Program-made: the position numbers and the translations under genes
Shown here: positions 19,470-29,161 of the stretch, one piece after another
Layout of the letters: every line of letters starts with the position of its first letter
Numbering within the stretch: the first letter of the stretch is position 1
The notes under the pieces: model-generated
Seen by the model: the letters and a program-made list of their open reading frames with translations, nothing else
Database searches by the model: none
Told to the model about the DNA's origin: nothing
Virus record (IMG/VR): IMGVR_UViG_3300032243_000799
Coordinates: 1-62,089 of that record
Strand: one strand, 5' to 3'
DNA length: 62,089 nucleotides
Source: a virus
Taxonomy: Duplodnaviria > Caudoviricetes

Positions 19470-21506
19470 TTATACACCTTTTTTATAGATACCTTCATAT
19501 ATAGAATCATTTGCTTGTGAAGTAAACCATTCTGGCCCTTTGTACATTTGTCCTTCGTGTTGAACTAATTCTTTTACATTTCCTCCAACAACATCATAAG
19601 AGGGTGCTGTCAATGTTCTATGCATTTGTCTAGCTATCATATTTGCTATAATTAAAGCGCTATATCGATCTTTTCTTAATCTTCCCTTTTTACCATTTGG
19701 TAACTTTACTTCAGGAGTGTCCCATCGATCTCGTGCATTAGGGCCTGTGCTAGTTTGTGTCATTACAATAGTTGTAAGTTCATTTTTTAATTCTTCCAGT
19801 TCTAGTATACATTCGCTTAAGCTGTCATATACAGGATTAAGATCAGACGAAAGTATATCTTTGCCTTCTGCATCTAGAGCTAGACCCAAGCTTAAAGCAT
19901 CAAATCTGGGAAATAAAAGAACTTTATCTTCAAAATCTTTTCTAAGTCCATGATTAGCTTGACTTGTCCAGTCTGCTTTAGCAAACTGAACTAGTTCTAT
20001 AAGATGAGATCCTGACTGGCTATCAGTATCTTTTGGCTTGGCGTAGTCTATAATTGGCCATATCGGAATTTCTCCTTCTTCTAGCTTTGAAGGGTCATGT
20101 AGAGCCTCTTCTATAGCAACACCTCCACCTTGAGCATCCATTCCTATGCGTAAACAAGGAAATGTTTTCATAAGATTTCTAATTTTTCTAGCGCAAAATC
20201 CATAGAAATCATATTCTTTTACTAGTCCTGTTTTTTGTCTATCTTTAAAATTATTTCTATTTGTTGTCCAACAATATACAATTCTATTATGATCTGGTTT
20301 AACTTCTAAAATAATAATACTAAAATTATCTTGTTCACTAGCGGGATCTATTCCATAAACATATTGTGAATTTTGATTTCCTGTTGTTATTGGATCAAAT
20401 ATTATTGGTTTATTATTAATAGATACAATATTAGAATCACTAACGACACAAGCTTCAATCAAACTTCGCCTAAAAAATCCATTACTATCAGAAGTAAAGC
20501 ATGCAGCATACTCCATATTATATATTCCAGTGTGAATAGTAGCTTTAGCTCGTGATACCTGTTTGTCGTCCATGAATCCTTTAGGAATAAGTTCATATGG
20601 AACTCTTATGATTGAATAATCTTTCCAATTAAAGTTATCTGGAATATCTCCCTTAAATAATTCTGATAGTTTTTGAGTATCTCCTTTGCTTTCTATTATT
20701 GCTTTATATCTTTTCCAATATGAAGAAAAGTGCTTAAACGCATAGTCTGCTGTTCCAGTTATTATAGCCTGGTTATTTTTTTTAATTTGAACACTTTCAA
20801 GCTCATCATTCCATAAACCGACATCTGTCATGGCTTTCTTTTTAGCTTCTTCTTTAACATTTTGTATAGGATTGGCAGAAACAGCCGCGAATCCGGAGAC
20901 TACTGTTTCATAAATATCAGGAGAGATAGAAGCAAATTCGTCAGCAATAATAATATGAGCTCTTAAACCTCTGATCTTACTACCGTCGCCCATAGGAACA
21001 GCTATTGTCCAACTGTCTCCTAGTCGAATGGTGCATCTATCCACGTCTCGTCTTGGCCCATCATCATTGCCAGTAAATATGCTGCGAAGAATAGGACTGT
21101 TTCTCCAAATAGTTTCCATATATTCAAATACTAGCTTACTCTGTCTAAATGCTGCTCCAACAACAACTACTTTAGTCCCTGGATTCAGAATATTTTTAAG
21201 GGTACAATACAGACCCATCAAAAAGCTTTTACCGAAACCACGACTAGCAATAAACATTGGAAATGGTCGTGTCCAGAATTCTTGTAAAATTGCTATTTGA
21301 ATAGGATGTAATTCGATATCAAAAAGAAGCTTGCAAGTAGTACCAAAATATAAAGGATTTCTTAATATTCGTAGTAAGTGTCTGTCTGGATTTTCTATAT
21401 CTTCTTTGAGTCTATTGATCATGAGATTGCGATCAATATCAAGCATTGAAAGGTCACCAAGACCTAACCAAGCGTCTTCAAATATTTTCTTTTCTGGATT
21501 GTTCAA
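19470..21506 (-). CDS. terL: Terminase large subunit
   Basis: ASRGFGKS Walker A, IRGLRAHIIIADE Walker B, YGIDPA nuclease motif, KDRYSA. Confidence 0.92.
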   Translation of the reverse strand: MNNPEKKIFEDAWLGLGDLSMLDIDRNLMINRLKEDIENPDRHLLRILRNPLYFGTTCKLLFDIELHPIQIAILQEFWTRPFPMFIASRGFGKSFLMGLYCTLKNILNPGTKVVVVGAAFRQSKLVFEYMETIWRNSPILRSIFTGNDDGPRRDVDRCTIRLGDSWTIAVPMGDGSKIRGLRAHIIIADEFASISPDIYETVVSGFAAVSANPIQNVKEEAKKKAMTDVGLWNDELESVQIKKNNQAIITGTADYAFKHFSSYWKRYKAIIESKGDTQKLSELFKGDIPDNFNWKDYSIIRVPYELIPKGFMDDKQVSRAKATIHTGIYNMEYAACFTSDSNGFFRRSLIEACVVSDSNIVSINNKPIIFDPITTGNQNSQYVYGIDPASEQDNFSIIILEVKPDHNRIVYCWTTNRNNFKDRQKTGLVKEYDFYGFCARKIRNLMKTFPCLRIGMDAQGGGVAIEEALHDPSKLEEGEIPIWPIIDYAKPKDTDSQSGSHLIELVQFAKADWTSQANHGLRKDFEDKVLLFPRFDALSLGLALDAEGKDILSSDLNPVYDSLSECILELEELKNELTTIVMTQTSTGPNARDRWDTPEVKLPNGKKGRLRKDRYSALIIANMIARQMHRTLTAPSYDVVGGNVKELVQHEGQMYKGPEWFTSQANDSIYEGIYKKGV

Positions 21507-21957
21507 TTTCGTATACCTTTTTCATAAGAGATGTTGCCATTTTTGTAGCATTAGATGGGCATCCGCAAAATAATATTTTTATATTATGATATAACTGTAT
21601 TTCTAATATGTTCTTCAATATAAATCCTGGAGAAGTTTTTATTTTACTCCACATGTGTTTAGGAACATTAGAACCTATTGGATAGTTTAATATATCTTCT
21701 AAATCAAATTCAAAAATAAAGAATGCATATTTATAAGTTTTCATTCTTTCTATAACATCTTTAAATCTTTTTTCTGTAATATTATTGGCTATTTCGCTAA
21801 CGCTCTTCTTTCTTTCTATGCACAATAAGTCTTCGTATCCTTCAATAGAATAGTCGCCAGTATCTAATTTGCGACATGCTATTGCACATCTTTCAAATTC
21901 CCATGGCTGTTGTTCTCGTGTATCTACGATTACTTTAAATTTGTTATAGTCTATCAT
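21478..21957 (-). CDS. ERCC4/XPF-family nuclease
   Basis: VDTREQ...LDTGDYS...IERKK signature. Confidence 0.85.
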   Translation of the reverse strand: MIDYNKFKVIVDTREQQPWEFERCAIACRKLDTGDYSIEGYEDLLCIERKKSVSEIANNITEKRFKDVIERMKTYKYAFFIFEFDLEDILNYPIGSNVPKHMWSKIKTSPGFILKNILEIQLYHNIKILFCGCPSNATKMATSLMKKVYEIEQSRKENI

Positions 21958-22222
21958 GTTTTTTCTGAAAAATTATTTTTAAAAAGACACCTTCGTACAT
22001 TTCTTCCATACCCTTAATGGTCTTATGATGATCCTTACATAATGTTATTCCATTATTAACATTAAATCGCAAACTAGGACAAGATGCCCATGTTTTAATA
22101 TGATGAGCATTTAATCCTCTTTTTTTATTACATTTAGGCCATTGACACTGGTGCTTGTCTCTGGCATACACAGACTTTCTCCATTCCTTATATAGTGGAT
22201 CATGAAAATTTCTGAATGTCAT
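21944..22222 (-). CDS. HNH endonuclease
   Basis: RDKHQCQ...AHHIK...NGITLCKDHH. Confidence 0.85.
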   Translation of the reverse strand: MTFRNFHDPLYKEWRKSVYARDKHQCQWPKCNKKRGLNAHHIKTWASCPSLRFNVNNGITLCKDHHKTIKGMEEMYEGVFLKIIFQKKHDRL

Positions 22223-23186
22223 TATTTACCATATCCTTTATCAATGAAGAAAAAGTGATCTCTGGAACCCAACCAATGTTATTTTTAGCTTTATCTGAAT
22301 TGCCCATTAGATATTCTACTTCTGCTGGTCTAAATAGTTCAGGGTCTATCTCGACATAATCCTTTGGATTTAAATTAACCATATTAAAAGCTATATTTAA
22401 AAATTCCTGTATAGAATTAGTATGGCCAGTAGAAATAACATAATCATCAGGAATACTTTGCTGCATCATCATCCACATGGCCCTAACATAATCTTTGGCG
22501 TGTCCCCAGTCTCTGTGAGCTGCTAAGTTACCAAGCTTAAGAGGGCCGGAATTTTTATTATTAATGACTTGACCAATATATTTTGTAATTTTTCTAGTAA
22601 CAAAATTTTCACCACGCCGCGGACTTTCATGATTAAATAATATTCCACAACATCCGTATATGTTATATGAGCTTCGATATATTCTAACTAAATTATGTGA
22701 GGCTAATTTGGCTACTCCATATGGACTTTGTGGTTGAAAATTAGTATTTTCGTCTTGATATTTTATTCCAAATGGACTAACTGAATAATTGAATCCAAAC
22801 ATTTCGCTAGTACTAGCTTGGTAAAATTTAGTGCTTGGAGAATTGTTTTTAATAGCCTCTAATAGATTCACCACCCCAATAGTATCTATCTCTATGGTTG
22901 TTGATGGCTGCTTAAAGCTAGTGCCAACATGACTTTGTGCTGCTAGATTGTATAATTCATTTGGTTTATATTTTGATACCACAGAACAACATCCTGATGG
23001 ATCTGTAAGATCAAATTCTTCCAGAGTCAGATTAGGATGGTTGAGCAGATGGTTGATCCTCTCAAAGTTGGAAGAACTACTTCTTCTATATAGTCCAATG
23101 ACATTATAATTTTTCTCTAGTAAAAAATCTGCGAGATAACTTCCATCTTGGCCAGTTATTCCTGTTATAAGGGCGGTTTTACTCAT
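22200..23186 (-). CDS. gmd: GDP-mannose 4,6-dehydratase
   Basis: ALITGITGQDGSYL, YNLAAQSHV, FYQASTSE, SPYGVAK, NHESPRRGENFVTRKI, RDWGHAKDYV. Confidence 0.95.
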   Translation of the reverse strand: MSKTALITGITGQDGSYLADFLLEKNYNVIGLYRRSSSSNFERINHLLNHPNLTLEEFDLTDPSGCCSVVSKYKPNELYNLAAQSHVGTSFKQPSTTIEIDTIGVVNLLEAIKNNSPSTKFYQASTSEMFGFNYSVSPFGIKYQDENTNFQPQSPYGVAKLASHNLVRIYRSSYNIYGCCGILFNHESPRRGENFVTRKITKYIGQVINNKNSGPLKLGNLAAHRDWGHAKDYVRAMWMMMQQSIPDDYVISTGHTNSIQEFLNIAFNMVNLNPKDYVEIDPELFRPAEVEYLMGNSDKAKNNIGWVPEITFSSLIKDMVNNDIQKFS

Positions 23187-24000
23187 TGATAACACTCTCC
23201 GGAGTTAAAAAGGGTTTGTCAACTATGCCATCAGCATAATTGTGATAAGTTTCCATTGCTGTTCTAGCTTTGTCTGTTGCTAGTCTTAAAATTTCCATTT
23301 CTTTTCCTTCTTTTTCTCTAATATCTTCTTCTTCTAGCATTCTGATCAGACCAGCCCAGCTACTTTTGCCATCTTCTATTCTTTTGATTCGTTGTTCGCG
23401 GGTGGCCTTAAGGTCTTTACTAATTTTTTGTTGTTCGTTTAATAGTTTAGTATATTCATTGGTATAATTAGCTATACTGTTACGCGCAAAACTTAATTGG
23501 GTCTCGTTGCTTGCAAGCTTAGGTATGTCTCTTTGATCTTCGGGCTTTTCATATTCTTTATCAACTTCTTTTTGAAGCTTTTCTGTCATTGCAATATGGC
23601 GCTTTCGTTCTTTCATACTTCGATTAATAAGAATATCTATGGTAATAAATTGTTTGATTTGAAGTTCTTCAGCAGGTAAAACATCTTCTCTAAATTGTTT
23701 GACTAAACTAACCCAGGTGTCTTCAAAATATTTAAGCTCACCACTATCTTCATCAAACTGGCGTGTAATTTCTGGCCAGAATGTTTTACTATGGAGTTTT
23801 CGTTTTAATAAATCTTGTTCATCTTTTTCTTCTGATGAGAATAGGCGATTTTCCTCAATATATCTATTTATTGGAGCTTCGCTACGATTAAGATGCTCTG
23901 ATATATCGTTTATTGATAAGCTCTTAACGTTGTCTCTAATGAATTTTTCTTCATCAAGACTTAATTGTCCTCGTTTTCGGGGAGGTTTGTTTGATAGCAT
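23179..24000 (-). CDS. HTH/coiled-coil protein, candidate terminase small subunit
   Basis: N-terminal helix-turn-helix-like segment and long coiled coil; lies upstream of the terminase cluster. Confidence 0.45.
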   Translation of the reverse strand: MLSNKPPRKRGQLSLDEEKFIRDNVKSLSINDISEHLNRSEAPINRYIEENRLFSSEEKDEQDLLKRKLHSKTFWPEITRQFDEDSGELKYFEDTWVSLVKQFREDVLPAEELQIKQFITIDILINRSMKERKRHIAMTEKLQKEVDKEYEKPEDQRDIPKLASNETQLSFARNSIANYTNEYTKLLNEQQKISKDLKATREQRIKRIEDGKSSWAGLIRMLEEEDIREKEGKEMEILRLATDKARTAMETYHNYADGIVDKPFLTPESVINE

Positions 24001-24665
24001 GATTTATCTTTCATGAGTGATGATATATAGTCTTTTAATTTGTCTAAAGATGGTTTGTTTATTTTACATCCATTTTTAAGCTTTAAATATGTTTCTCTGT
24101 GTTCTGAATTGATAATATTGGTATCTAAAAAATCTATAATTTCTTTGTTTTGCAATAATTGTGCAGGATCGATGGTTGTTAGATGATGGTCAATACTTGA
24201 TGAACTATTAGAATGAATACTCTGGGGCTTCATAATGTTTTTCTTGGTTTCATTTCTGTTTGACCAAGACGCATATAGATCACAGTCATCTTTGTTTAAG
24301 TATTTAGAACATTGATTATTGGATTGTTTATATAGTTTGTCATATAGTGGACAAGTGTGACACGGCTTATCGGGCCTTTGATAATTATTTCGTTTGTAAT
24401 TAAATAGTCGATTTCTAACATGGGTCCATAAGAAATTTTCAAGGGGCCTGCTGTGGTCGTATTTCTTTAGTCCTTCCATTGCAAAAATAGCAGCCTGTTG
24501 CTTCATATCGTCAATATCATGATATCCAAATTTAAATTTGTATATTAGTCTTTTGCTAATTTTATCAAGTACTATTAAAAATTCTTCTTCACTAATTCCA
24601 TTCAATGAAGCGTCTTTAGCAGTCTTTTTTGTTTTCTTCAGTTGTATCTTCTTTTTCTTTTTCAT
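23961..24665 (-). CDS. Phage sigma70-family factor with Cys-rich insert
   Basis: DDMKQQAAIFAMEGLKKYD..RPLENFLWTHVRNRL is region-2-like; CHTC...C...C insert. Confidence 0.7.
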   Translation of the reverse strand: MKKKKKIQLKKTKKTAKDASLNGISEEEFLIVLDKISKRLIYKFKFGYHDIDDMKQQAAIFAMEGLKKYDHSRPLENFLWTHVRNRLFNYKRNNYQRPDKPCHTCPLYDKLYKQSNNQCSKYLNKDDCDLYASWSNRNETKKNIMKPQSIHSNSSSSIDHHLTTIDPAQLLQNKEIIDFLDTNIINSEHRETYLKLKNGCKINKPSLDKLKDYISSLMKDKSCYQTNLPENEDN

Positions 24666-24792
24666 TATTTAATAAGTTTGCTATACTTTGTCCTTCTGGC
24701 ATAGATAGATCTTGTGAAACATCACTAACTGATCCAACTGCTTTTGTTGATAATACAGAATCAACGGCCTTGGGTTTTTCTGACAAATTCAT
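24616..24792 (-). CDS. Hypothetical protein (58 aa, MNLSEKPK...)
   Basis: GAGG SD; first ORF of the leftward block. Confidence 0.45.
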   Translation of the reverse strand: MNLSEKPKAVDSVLSTKAVGSVSDVSQDLSMPEGQSIANLLNNEKEKEDTTEENKKDC

Positions 24793-24875
24793 AATTAACC
24801 TCTTGCTTAATAATGGTCAACATTCTATAATAAGCTGTTATACACTTTAGGCAACATTTCCGGAGAATAAATAAG

Positions 24876-25100
24876 ATGAAAAATTATAAAAAGTGGTCAT
24901 TAGACGAGCTTGAATTCATCAAGAACAATCAAAATCTACTAAATGACGAAACACTAGCATCCAAGCTGAGTGAAATGACGGGGCAAAATGTTACCCGAAG
25001 CATGATTCGTCGTCAAAGACGCAAGCTTTTAATTAAGAAGAACAGAGGTCGTCCACGAAAGATTAAGCCAATTGTGCAGAATGAAGGTGGTATTGTATGA
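24876..25100 (+). CDS. Small HTH DNA-binding protein with AT-hook-like RGRPRK tail
   Basis: KWSLDELEFIK...LASKL...IRRQRRKL; GRP motif; candidate regulator at the divergence point. Confidence 0.6.
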   Translation: MKNYKKWSLDELEFIKNNQNLLNDETLASKLSEMTGQNVTRSMIRRQRRKLLIKKNRGRPRKIKPIVQNEGGIV

Positions 25101-25396
25101 AAAAGGTTATATTATCATTAGTTTTCATGTTGATTTGGTCATCGTCAGCATATGCTGATGGATGGGTTTTTAATGGACAGTGTTGGGTTTGGGTGGTTTC
25201 TCCGCCTCCTGTGGTAATTTATATTCCACAAAATGTAACAAACTATGTTCTGGTTCCGTCAACAACAACAGTGATGGTGCCTTATGTGGTGGGAAATCGG
25301 CCAATACTAAATTATGATGATCGATTTTTTTATCAACAAACTCCTAGGATCAACGCACACTTTGGATGCTTTAATAATCCAAGAATAAATTACTAA
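25097..25396 (+). CDS. Secreted hypothetical protein
   Basis: Signal peptide MKKVILSLVFMLIWSSSAYA; Pro/Val/Tyr-rich. Confidence 0.6.
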   Translation: MKKVILSLVFMLIWSSSAYADGWVFNGQCWVWVVSPPPVVIYIPQNVTNYVLVPSTTTVMVPYVVGNRPILNYDDRFFYQQTPRINAHFGCFNNPRINY

Positions 25397-25512
25397 ACTG
25401 GCCAATTCTTATAGTGGTCGCTTACTATTTTTGGACCACCCGGTGTTTTTCTGAAAATTTCGCATAAACCTGTATAAAACAAAAAAACCCCCTTCCACCC
25501 CCGCGAACTCGA

Positions 25513-25541
25513 CGTAAGTTCTTGTGCGACAAGGGTTTACG
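25513..25541. repeat. Lone 29-bp palindrome (left boundary copy of family A)
   Basis: CGTAAGTTCTTG-TGCGA-CAAGGGTTTACG. Confidence 0.85.
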
Positions 25542-25570
25542 TTCAGTTTTACTCGAATTGCAAAATTTTT

Positions 25571-25604
25571 TGGTATGATTTTTGCCCTAGCAAACTCTGT
25601 GCCA
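25571..25604. promoter_or_regulatory. Convergent pair of sigma54-type -24/-12 boxes
   Basis: + strand TGGTATG-ATTT-TTGC; - strand TGGCACA-GAGT-TTGC; 4 bp apart. Confidence 0.55.
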
Positions 25605-25738
25605 AACCTGAGGAAAAATATGGAAAGTTTTGTCAAAATCTCTTGACATAAAAATGTGGATTTTTTGCTTGTGTTCTAAAGATAGGCCTGTATAATGTCG
25701 ATATAAGAGTTAAGAGAGAAAAAGAAAGAGAGAAAAAG

Positions 25739-25969
25739 ATGTTTGCTAACATGATCGTACTGAATACCGTTTCTGAACTGACTGAACTGCTCAATAGCGG
25801 TTCGCTTGATACTCTGGTGAACAGGGTTGCGTTTGCTGGCGATCTGCTGGCAAGAGTGAACAGGCATAATCAGATTTGCATCGATGAGGAAATCGGATTC
25901 GCTGACGATGGTGGATGGATCGAGGTTGACGAAATGGGCTATGTTGTGGATGAGGCTTATCTCCCGTGA
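25739..25969 (+). CDS. Early hypothetical protein, acidic C-terminus
   Basis: Follows TATAAT at 25691 and a purine-rich leader. Confidence 0.7.
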   Translation: MFANMIVLNTVSELTELLNSGSLDTLVNRVAFAGDLLARVNRHNQICIDEEIGFADDGGWIEVDEMGYVVDEAYLP

Positions 25970-26037
25970 ACACCTGTATAGTATTGACAACCTAAAAATA
26001 TCTGCTAGAATACACACATAAGAAAGAGAGAAAAGAA

Positions 26038-26187
26038 ATGACCATCCAAGTTCAAAATACGATTCGCCGCCTTGTTGCTCGCCACGGTTATTCGGCTACG
26101 TTTGTTCAGCATATGGGCGAGGGTATTAGCCTATACAGTATCGGTGGAATCATGTATCGTATCCGTGGTGATGGCACGATTCTCTAG
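26038..26187 (+). CDS. Early hypothetical protein (49 aa, MTIQVQNTIRR...)
   Basis: Own TTGACA/TAGAAT promoter and purine leader. Confidence 0.65.
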   Translation: MTIQVQNTIRRLVARHGYSATFVQHMGEGISLYSIGGIMYRIRGDGTIL

Positions 26188-26242
26188 TATTGACTTCTAA
26201 AGATTTCCCTGTATAATTCCGATATAGAAAGAGGAGAAGAAA

Positions 26243-26377
26243 ATGAGTTGCCCCGATACGCTGCATGATTACGAAGATTGGTTCGATGATGCTCCTGAGG
26301 CTATCGACCTTGACGAGCCAGAATGTGAGTATGAAGATTGGTTTGACGATTTTCAAGGTGAGGAGGAATTCGCATGA
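26243..26377 (+). CDS. Very acidic 44-aa protein with YEDWFDD twice
   Basis: GAGGAG SD, own promoter; translated by hand. Confidence 0.7.
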   Translation: MSCPDTLHDYEDWFDDAPEAIDLDEPECEYEDWFDDFQGEEEFA

Positions 26378-26556
26378 CTCAGGAAATTCGTGATTTGGCA
26401 AATACTCTGGGGCTTGTGGTGGCAAGCGTTTGGAACGGTTATTCAAGAAAGTGGATTGTGAGTGAACGAGACGGATACAATCCTATATTCACCACAACCG
26501 ACTACGATACGCTTGTTGAGGGGTTAAAGAGCGGCGGAAGGTTTCGCCCCCTATAG
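26374..26556 (+). CDS. Early hypothetical protein
   Basis: ATGA-coupled; GAGGAGG upstream. Confidence 0.65.
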   Translation: MTQEIRDLANTLGLVVASVWNGYSRKWIVSERDGYNPIFTTTDYDTLVEGLKSGGRFRPL

Positions 26557-26598
26557 TGGGGGATGATGTACATTTGTATACCTTATCACAAAATTGAA

Positions 26599-26680
26599 CG
26601 TAAACCCTTGTGGGATAAGGACTTACGACGAATTTTCGGCCAAAAATTTGACGTAAGTGCTTGTGGCATAACGACTTACG
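26599..26680. repeat. 82-bp double-palindrome element A1
   Basis: CGTAAACCCTTGTGGGATAAGGACTTACG + 24 bp + CGTAAGTGCTTGTGGCATAACGACTTACG. Confidence 0.92.
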
Positions 26681-26692
26681 CTCAATCCTAAC

Positions 26693-26749
26693 GCAAACAG
26701 TGTGCCGTTCAACTTTGGCACGGCTTTTGCTCTAGCAACCGGTATGCCA
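26693..26749. promoter_or_regulatory. Three sigma54-type boxes (-,+,-)
   Basis: - 26693-26707 CGGCACA-CTGT-TTGC; + 26716-26730 TGGCACG-GCTT-TTGC (perfect consensus); - 26735-26749 TGGCATA-CCGG-TTGC. Confidence 0.6.
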
Positions 26750-26881
26750 AACTAACAAAAAACGCCACAAAGTTTTGTCAAAATCTCTTGACAGAAAAAT
26801 CTTCAGATTTCTCTTGCAATCTAAAGAATCCATGGTATAATGTCGATATAAGAAGTAAGAGAGAAAGAGAGAGTTGAGAAG

Positions 26882-27106
26882 ATGGAAAAGTGTGTGAGTG
26901 TGAATGATTTTATCCGTAGCCTTCCCCGTATTGTGGAAAAGAAAGTGTGGAAGGTTATCGATGAGAATGGCAAGGTAGTGCAGGGTGTGGGTTCTACCGA
27001 TAACCGCAAGACTACTGCACAAGCGTATATTGACGCTAAGTATCCTGGTCGTGAAATGAAGTTGGTATTCTCTCATTTCAAGGGTATGATGACCCTCCCC
27101 CGATAA
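26882..27106 (+). CDS. Early hypothetical protein
   Basis: Promoter plus purine leader. Confidence 0.7.
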   Translation: MEKCVSVNDFIRSLPRIVEKKVWKVIDENGKVVQGVGSTDNRKTTAQAYIDAKYPGREMKLVFSHFKGMMTLPR

Positions 27107-27161
27107 GGGGGTTGCGGCGGCGGAAAAGTTTGGTATAATACTGGAAAGAGAAAGAGAGAAA

Positions 27162-27371
27162 GTGATGAATCGTAAGACTCTGGAAAAGATGCTGGCTGTT
27201 AGGGGTTATGCTCTGCGTGAAACGTCTGATAGAGAGGCTAGGTGGATGGTGGTTTCTACCTTGACCCATTTTCACTGGAGTTTCAAGACTTTGTCCGGTG
27301 TCCAAAAGTTTGCCTCTAACGAAAAGGATATGAGAGCATACGCCGATAAGGTTTTGGCACTGAACCCCTAA
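27162..27371 (+). CDS. Early hypothetical protein
   Basis: TTGCGG/TATAAT promoter, purine leader. Confidence 0.7.
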   Translation: MMNRKTLEKMLAVRGYALRETSDREARWMVVSTLTHFHWSFKTLSGVQKFASNEKDMRAYADKVLALNP

Positions 27372-27429
27372 AAGGGGGGTTGCGGAATCAAAAAAGTTTG
27401 GTATAATTCAACTAAAGAAAGAGAGAACC

Positions 27430-27759
27430 ATGAAAACCAAGTTTGCTATCATCGAAAACGCCAAGCGTCAAGCCCGTATGAGTTTCCTCGGAATTGCTAT
27501 TCCCTGCCAGCGTAAACTTGCAGACGGAGAGTATGGGCCGATTTGCTCTGAGAAGGTTTTGAAGTTCAATCGGACTGCTTTGCGGAATGTTGGCAAGAAA
27601 GCCAAGGAAAAGGCCGATCCCCGCTATCGTGGGGGTGATGATCTTATGATTGTGAAGGTTGGCAAGCCCGGCTCCCCCGAAAGGGTGGCTGCTCTGATCG
27701 AGCAGTATGCCGCTATCGCCGCCTATGGTGAGGAAGTCTCCCCCTTTTCGGAGGGGTGA
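27430..27759 (+). CDS. Early hypothetical protein
   Basis: 109 aa; TTGCGG/TATAAT promoter. Confidence 0.7.
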   Translation: MKTKFAIIENAKRQARMSFLGIAIPCQRKLADGEYGPICSEKVLKFNRTALRNVGKKAKEKADPRYRGGDDLMIVKVGKPGSPERVAALIEQYAAIAAYGEEVSPFSEG

Positions 27760-27779
27760 CATCCGTACACTGTCTCGGC

Positions 27780-27816
27780 TAATCCTGCGGATTTGGGCTG
27801 GTTGGGTCTAGTCAGC
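27780..27816. repeat. Family B motif copy 1
   Basis: TAATCC-TGC-GGATTT-N14-TAGTCAGC. Confidence 0.85.
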
Positions 27817-27827
27817 CAAATATTCGA

Positions 27828-27909
27828 CGCAAGTACTTGTCGCCAAAGGACTTACGACGAAATTTCGGCCGCAAATTTAACGTAAGTGCTTATCCCACAA
27901 CAACTTAGA
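27828..27909. repeat. 82-bp element A2
   Basis: CGCAAGTACTTGTCGCCAAAGGACTTACG + 24 bp + CGTAAGTGCTTATCCCACAACAACTTAGA. Confidence 0.92.
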
Positions 27910-27921
27910 ACAATATCTAAC

Positions 27922-27936
27922 GCAAAACTCATGCCA
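27922..27936 (-). promoter_or_regulatory. Sigma54-type box
   Basis: Minus strand TGGCATG-AGTT-TTGC, starting 13 nt after element A2. Confidence 0.55.
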
Positions 27937-28053
27937 TACTTGTGTCAAAATTTCTTGACATAAAAATCATAGGATTTTTCTTGCAGTGCTCAAGATAGTG
28001 TGGTAGAATGTCGATATAAGAGTAAGAGAGCAACAAAGAAAGAGAGAGTTGAT

Positions 28054-28254
28054 ATGATGAATGTTGGTGATTTTGTGACTGTTTCCTATGATAATGGGAA
28101 TATTTATTCTGGAGAAGTTATCGGTTTGAAATCTATGCTTCCTGGAGATGGTCACGAGACTGAGCGTGTCCTATTTACGCTGAGGGTTGATAATCAGTAT
28201 CGATCACTGTACGTTCACAAGTGTGTATCGTTAGAGATTGCGGTTCCGGCTTGA
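28054..28254 (+). CDS. Early hypothetical protein (SH3/Sm-like beta barrel)
   Basis: MMNVGDFVTVSY...YSGEV; promoter and purine leader. Confidence 0.65.
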   Translation: MMNVGDFVTVSYDNGNIYSGEVIGLKSMLPGDGHETERVLFTLRVDNQYRSLYVHKCVSLEIAVPA

Positions 28255-28304
28255 CAGATTAAAGTTAGCCTGTAAAATTGTCGATATAAGAGATAGAAAA
28301 GGGA

Positions 28305-28490
28305 ATGAAAATGACTAATGCAGAATATGAAACTTGGAAGAATCAATACGATAAGGAAATCGAAAATACTAAGCCTGTGGAGTTGTGCCGTACCACACAA
28401 AAGCGTAAGGTTCGTCGTGGTTCAGCAGGACGCAACTATTATGGCGAACTTCGCCGTTTTAGGGGTTATCGTGGCCCGTTGACAAATTAA
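28305..28490 (+). CDS. Early basic hypothetical protein
   Basis: Own TTGACA promoter. Confidence 0.6.
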   Translation: MKMTNAEYETWKNQYDKEIENTKPVELCRTTQKRKVRRGSAGRNYYGELRRFRGYRGPLTN

Positions 28491-28533
28491 AGTCTATGTT
28501 GTAGAATGTCGATATAAGAGAAAGAGAGCAAAA

Positions 28534-28719
28534 ATGAATCCTTCCACTACCAACGTTACGATTCACGCAACTACCATTCAGGGTATTTTTGTGACTGTAA
28601 AAAGTTTCGATGTAATCATTGAGAACGGAAAGCCGGTGATTATGTTTTTTACGGTTGACGAAAACGGCCAGCATGGTATCTTTAATCATAACCAACTGAA
28701 AAACTACATTGAGCGTTAA
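28534..28719 (+). CDS. Early hypothetical protein
   Basis: Own TTGACA/TAGAAT promoter. Confidence 0.65.
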   Translation: MNPSTTNVTIHATTIQGIFVTVKSFDVIIENGKPVIMFFTVDENGQHGIFNHNQLKNYIER

Positions 28720-28720
28720 A

Positions 28721-28834
28721 ATGAAAACGAAGAAAAAGAGCAAGCAACAGAAAGTAATGGAAACGGAAGTTAATCGGGCACTGGCTCGGGTGAAGTTGCT
28801 GGAAAAGTTGTATCTCAAGAGTAAAGGAAAGTAA
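28721..28834 (+). CDS. Small basic protein (37 aa)
   Basis: Exactly fills the gap between its neighbours. Confidence 0.5.
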   Translation: MKTKKKSKQQKVMETEVNRALARVKLLEKLYLKSKGK

Positions 28835-29161
28835 ATGACTCACACTGAAGCCGTTAGCATGGTTCGTGGTAAGCGTAACGCTAACCGTCGTAAGGTTGGC
28901 AATAATACCTATGCCGAAATTCTGTCGGATGGTAGCGTTGGTATCATGCTGCACAGTACCTATGTTGTGAAGATTCACGAAAACAATCTTTATACTCTGA
29001 ATACTGGCGGATGGTATACGCCTACCACTAAGGATAGGATTAACCAGTTTTGTCCTGCTAGAGTTTCTCAGCGTAAGGGACAATGGTATGTTTCTCGTAA
29101 GTGTGCTGATGGTTGCCGAAATGAATTTCCCTTTGTCGATGGAATGGTGGTGCAGGGATGA
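28835..29161 (+). CDS. Conserved phage early protein
   Basis: NNT...LHST...LNTGGWYTPTTKDRIN...VSQRKGQWYV pattern. Confidence 0.7.
   Translation: MTHTEAVSMVRGKRNANRRKVGNNTYAEILSDGSVGIMLHSTYVVKIHENNLYTLNTGGWYTPTTKDRINQFCPARVSQRKGQWYVSRKCADGCRNEFPFVDGMVVQG

Noticed and set aside
823-24850. Plus-strand ORFs over the structural block (e.g. 823-1086, 17545-18090, 9297-9929) and alternative-frame ORFs in the GC patch
   Set aside because: They are shadows of well-supported minus-strand genes.
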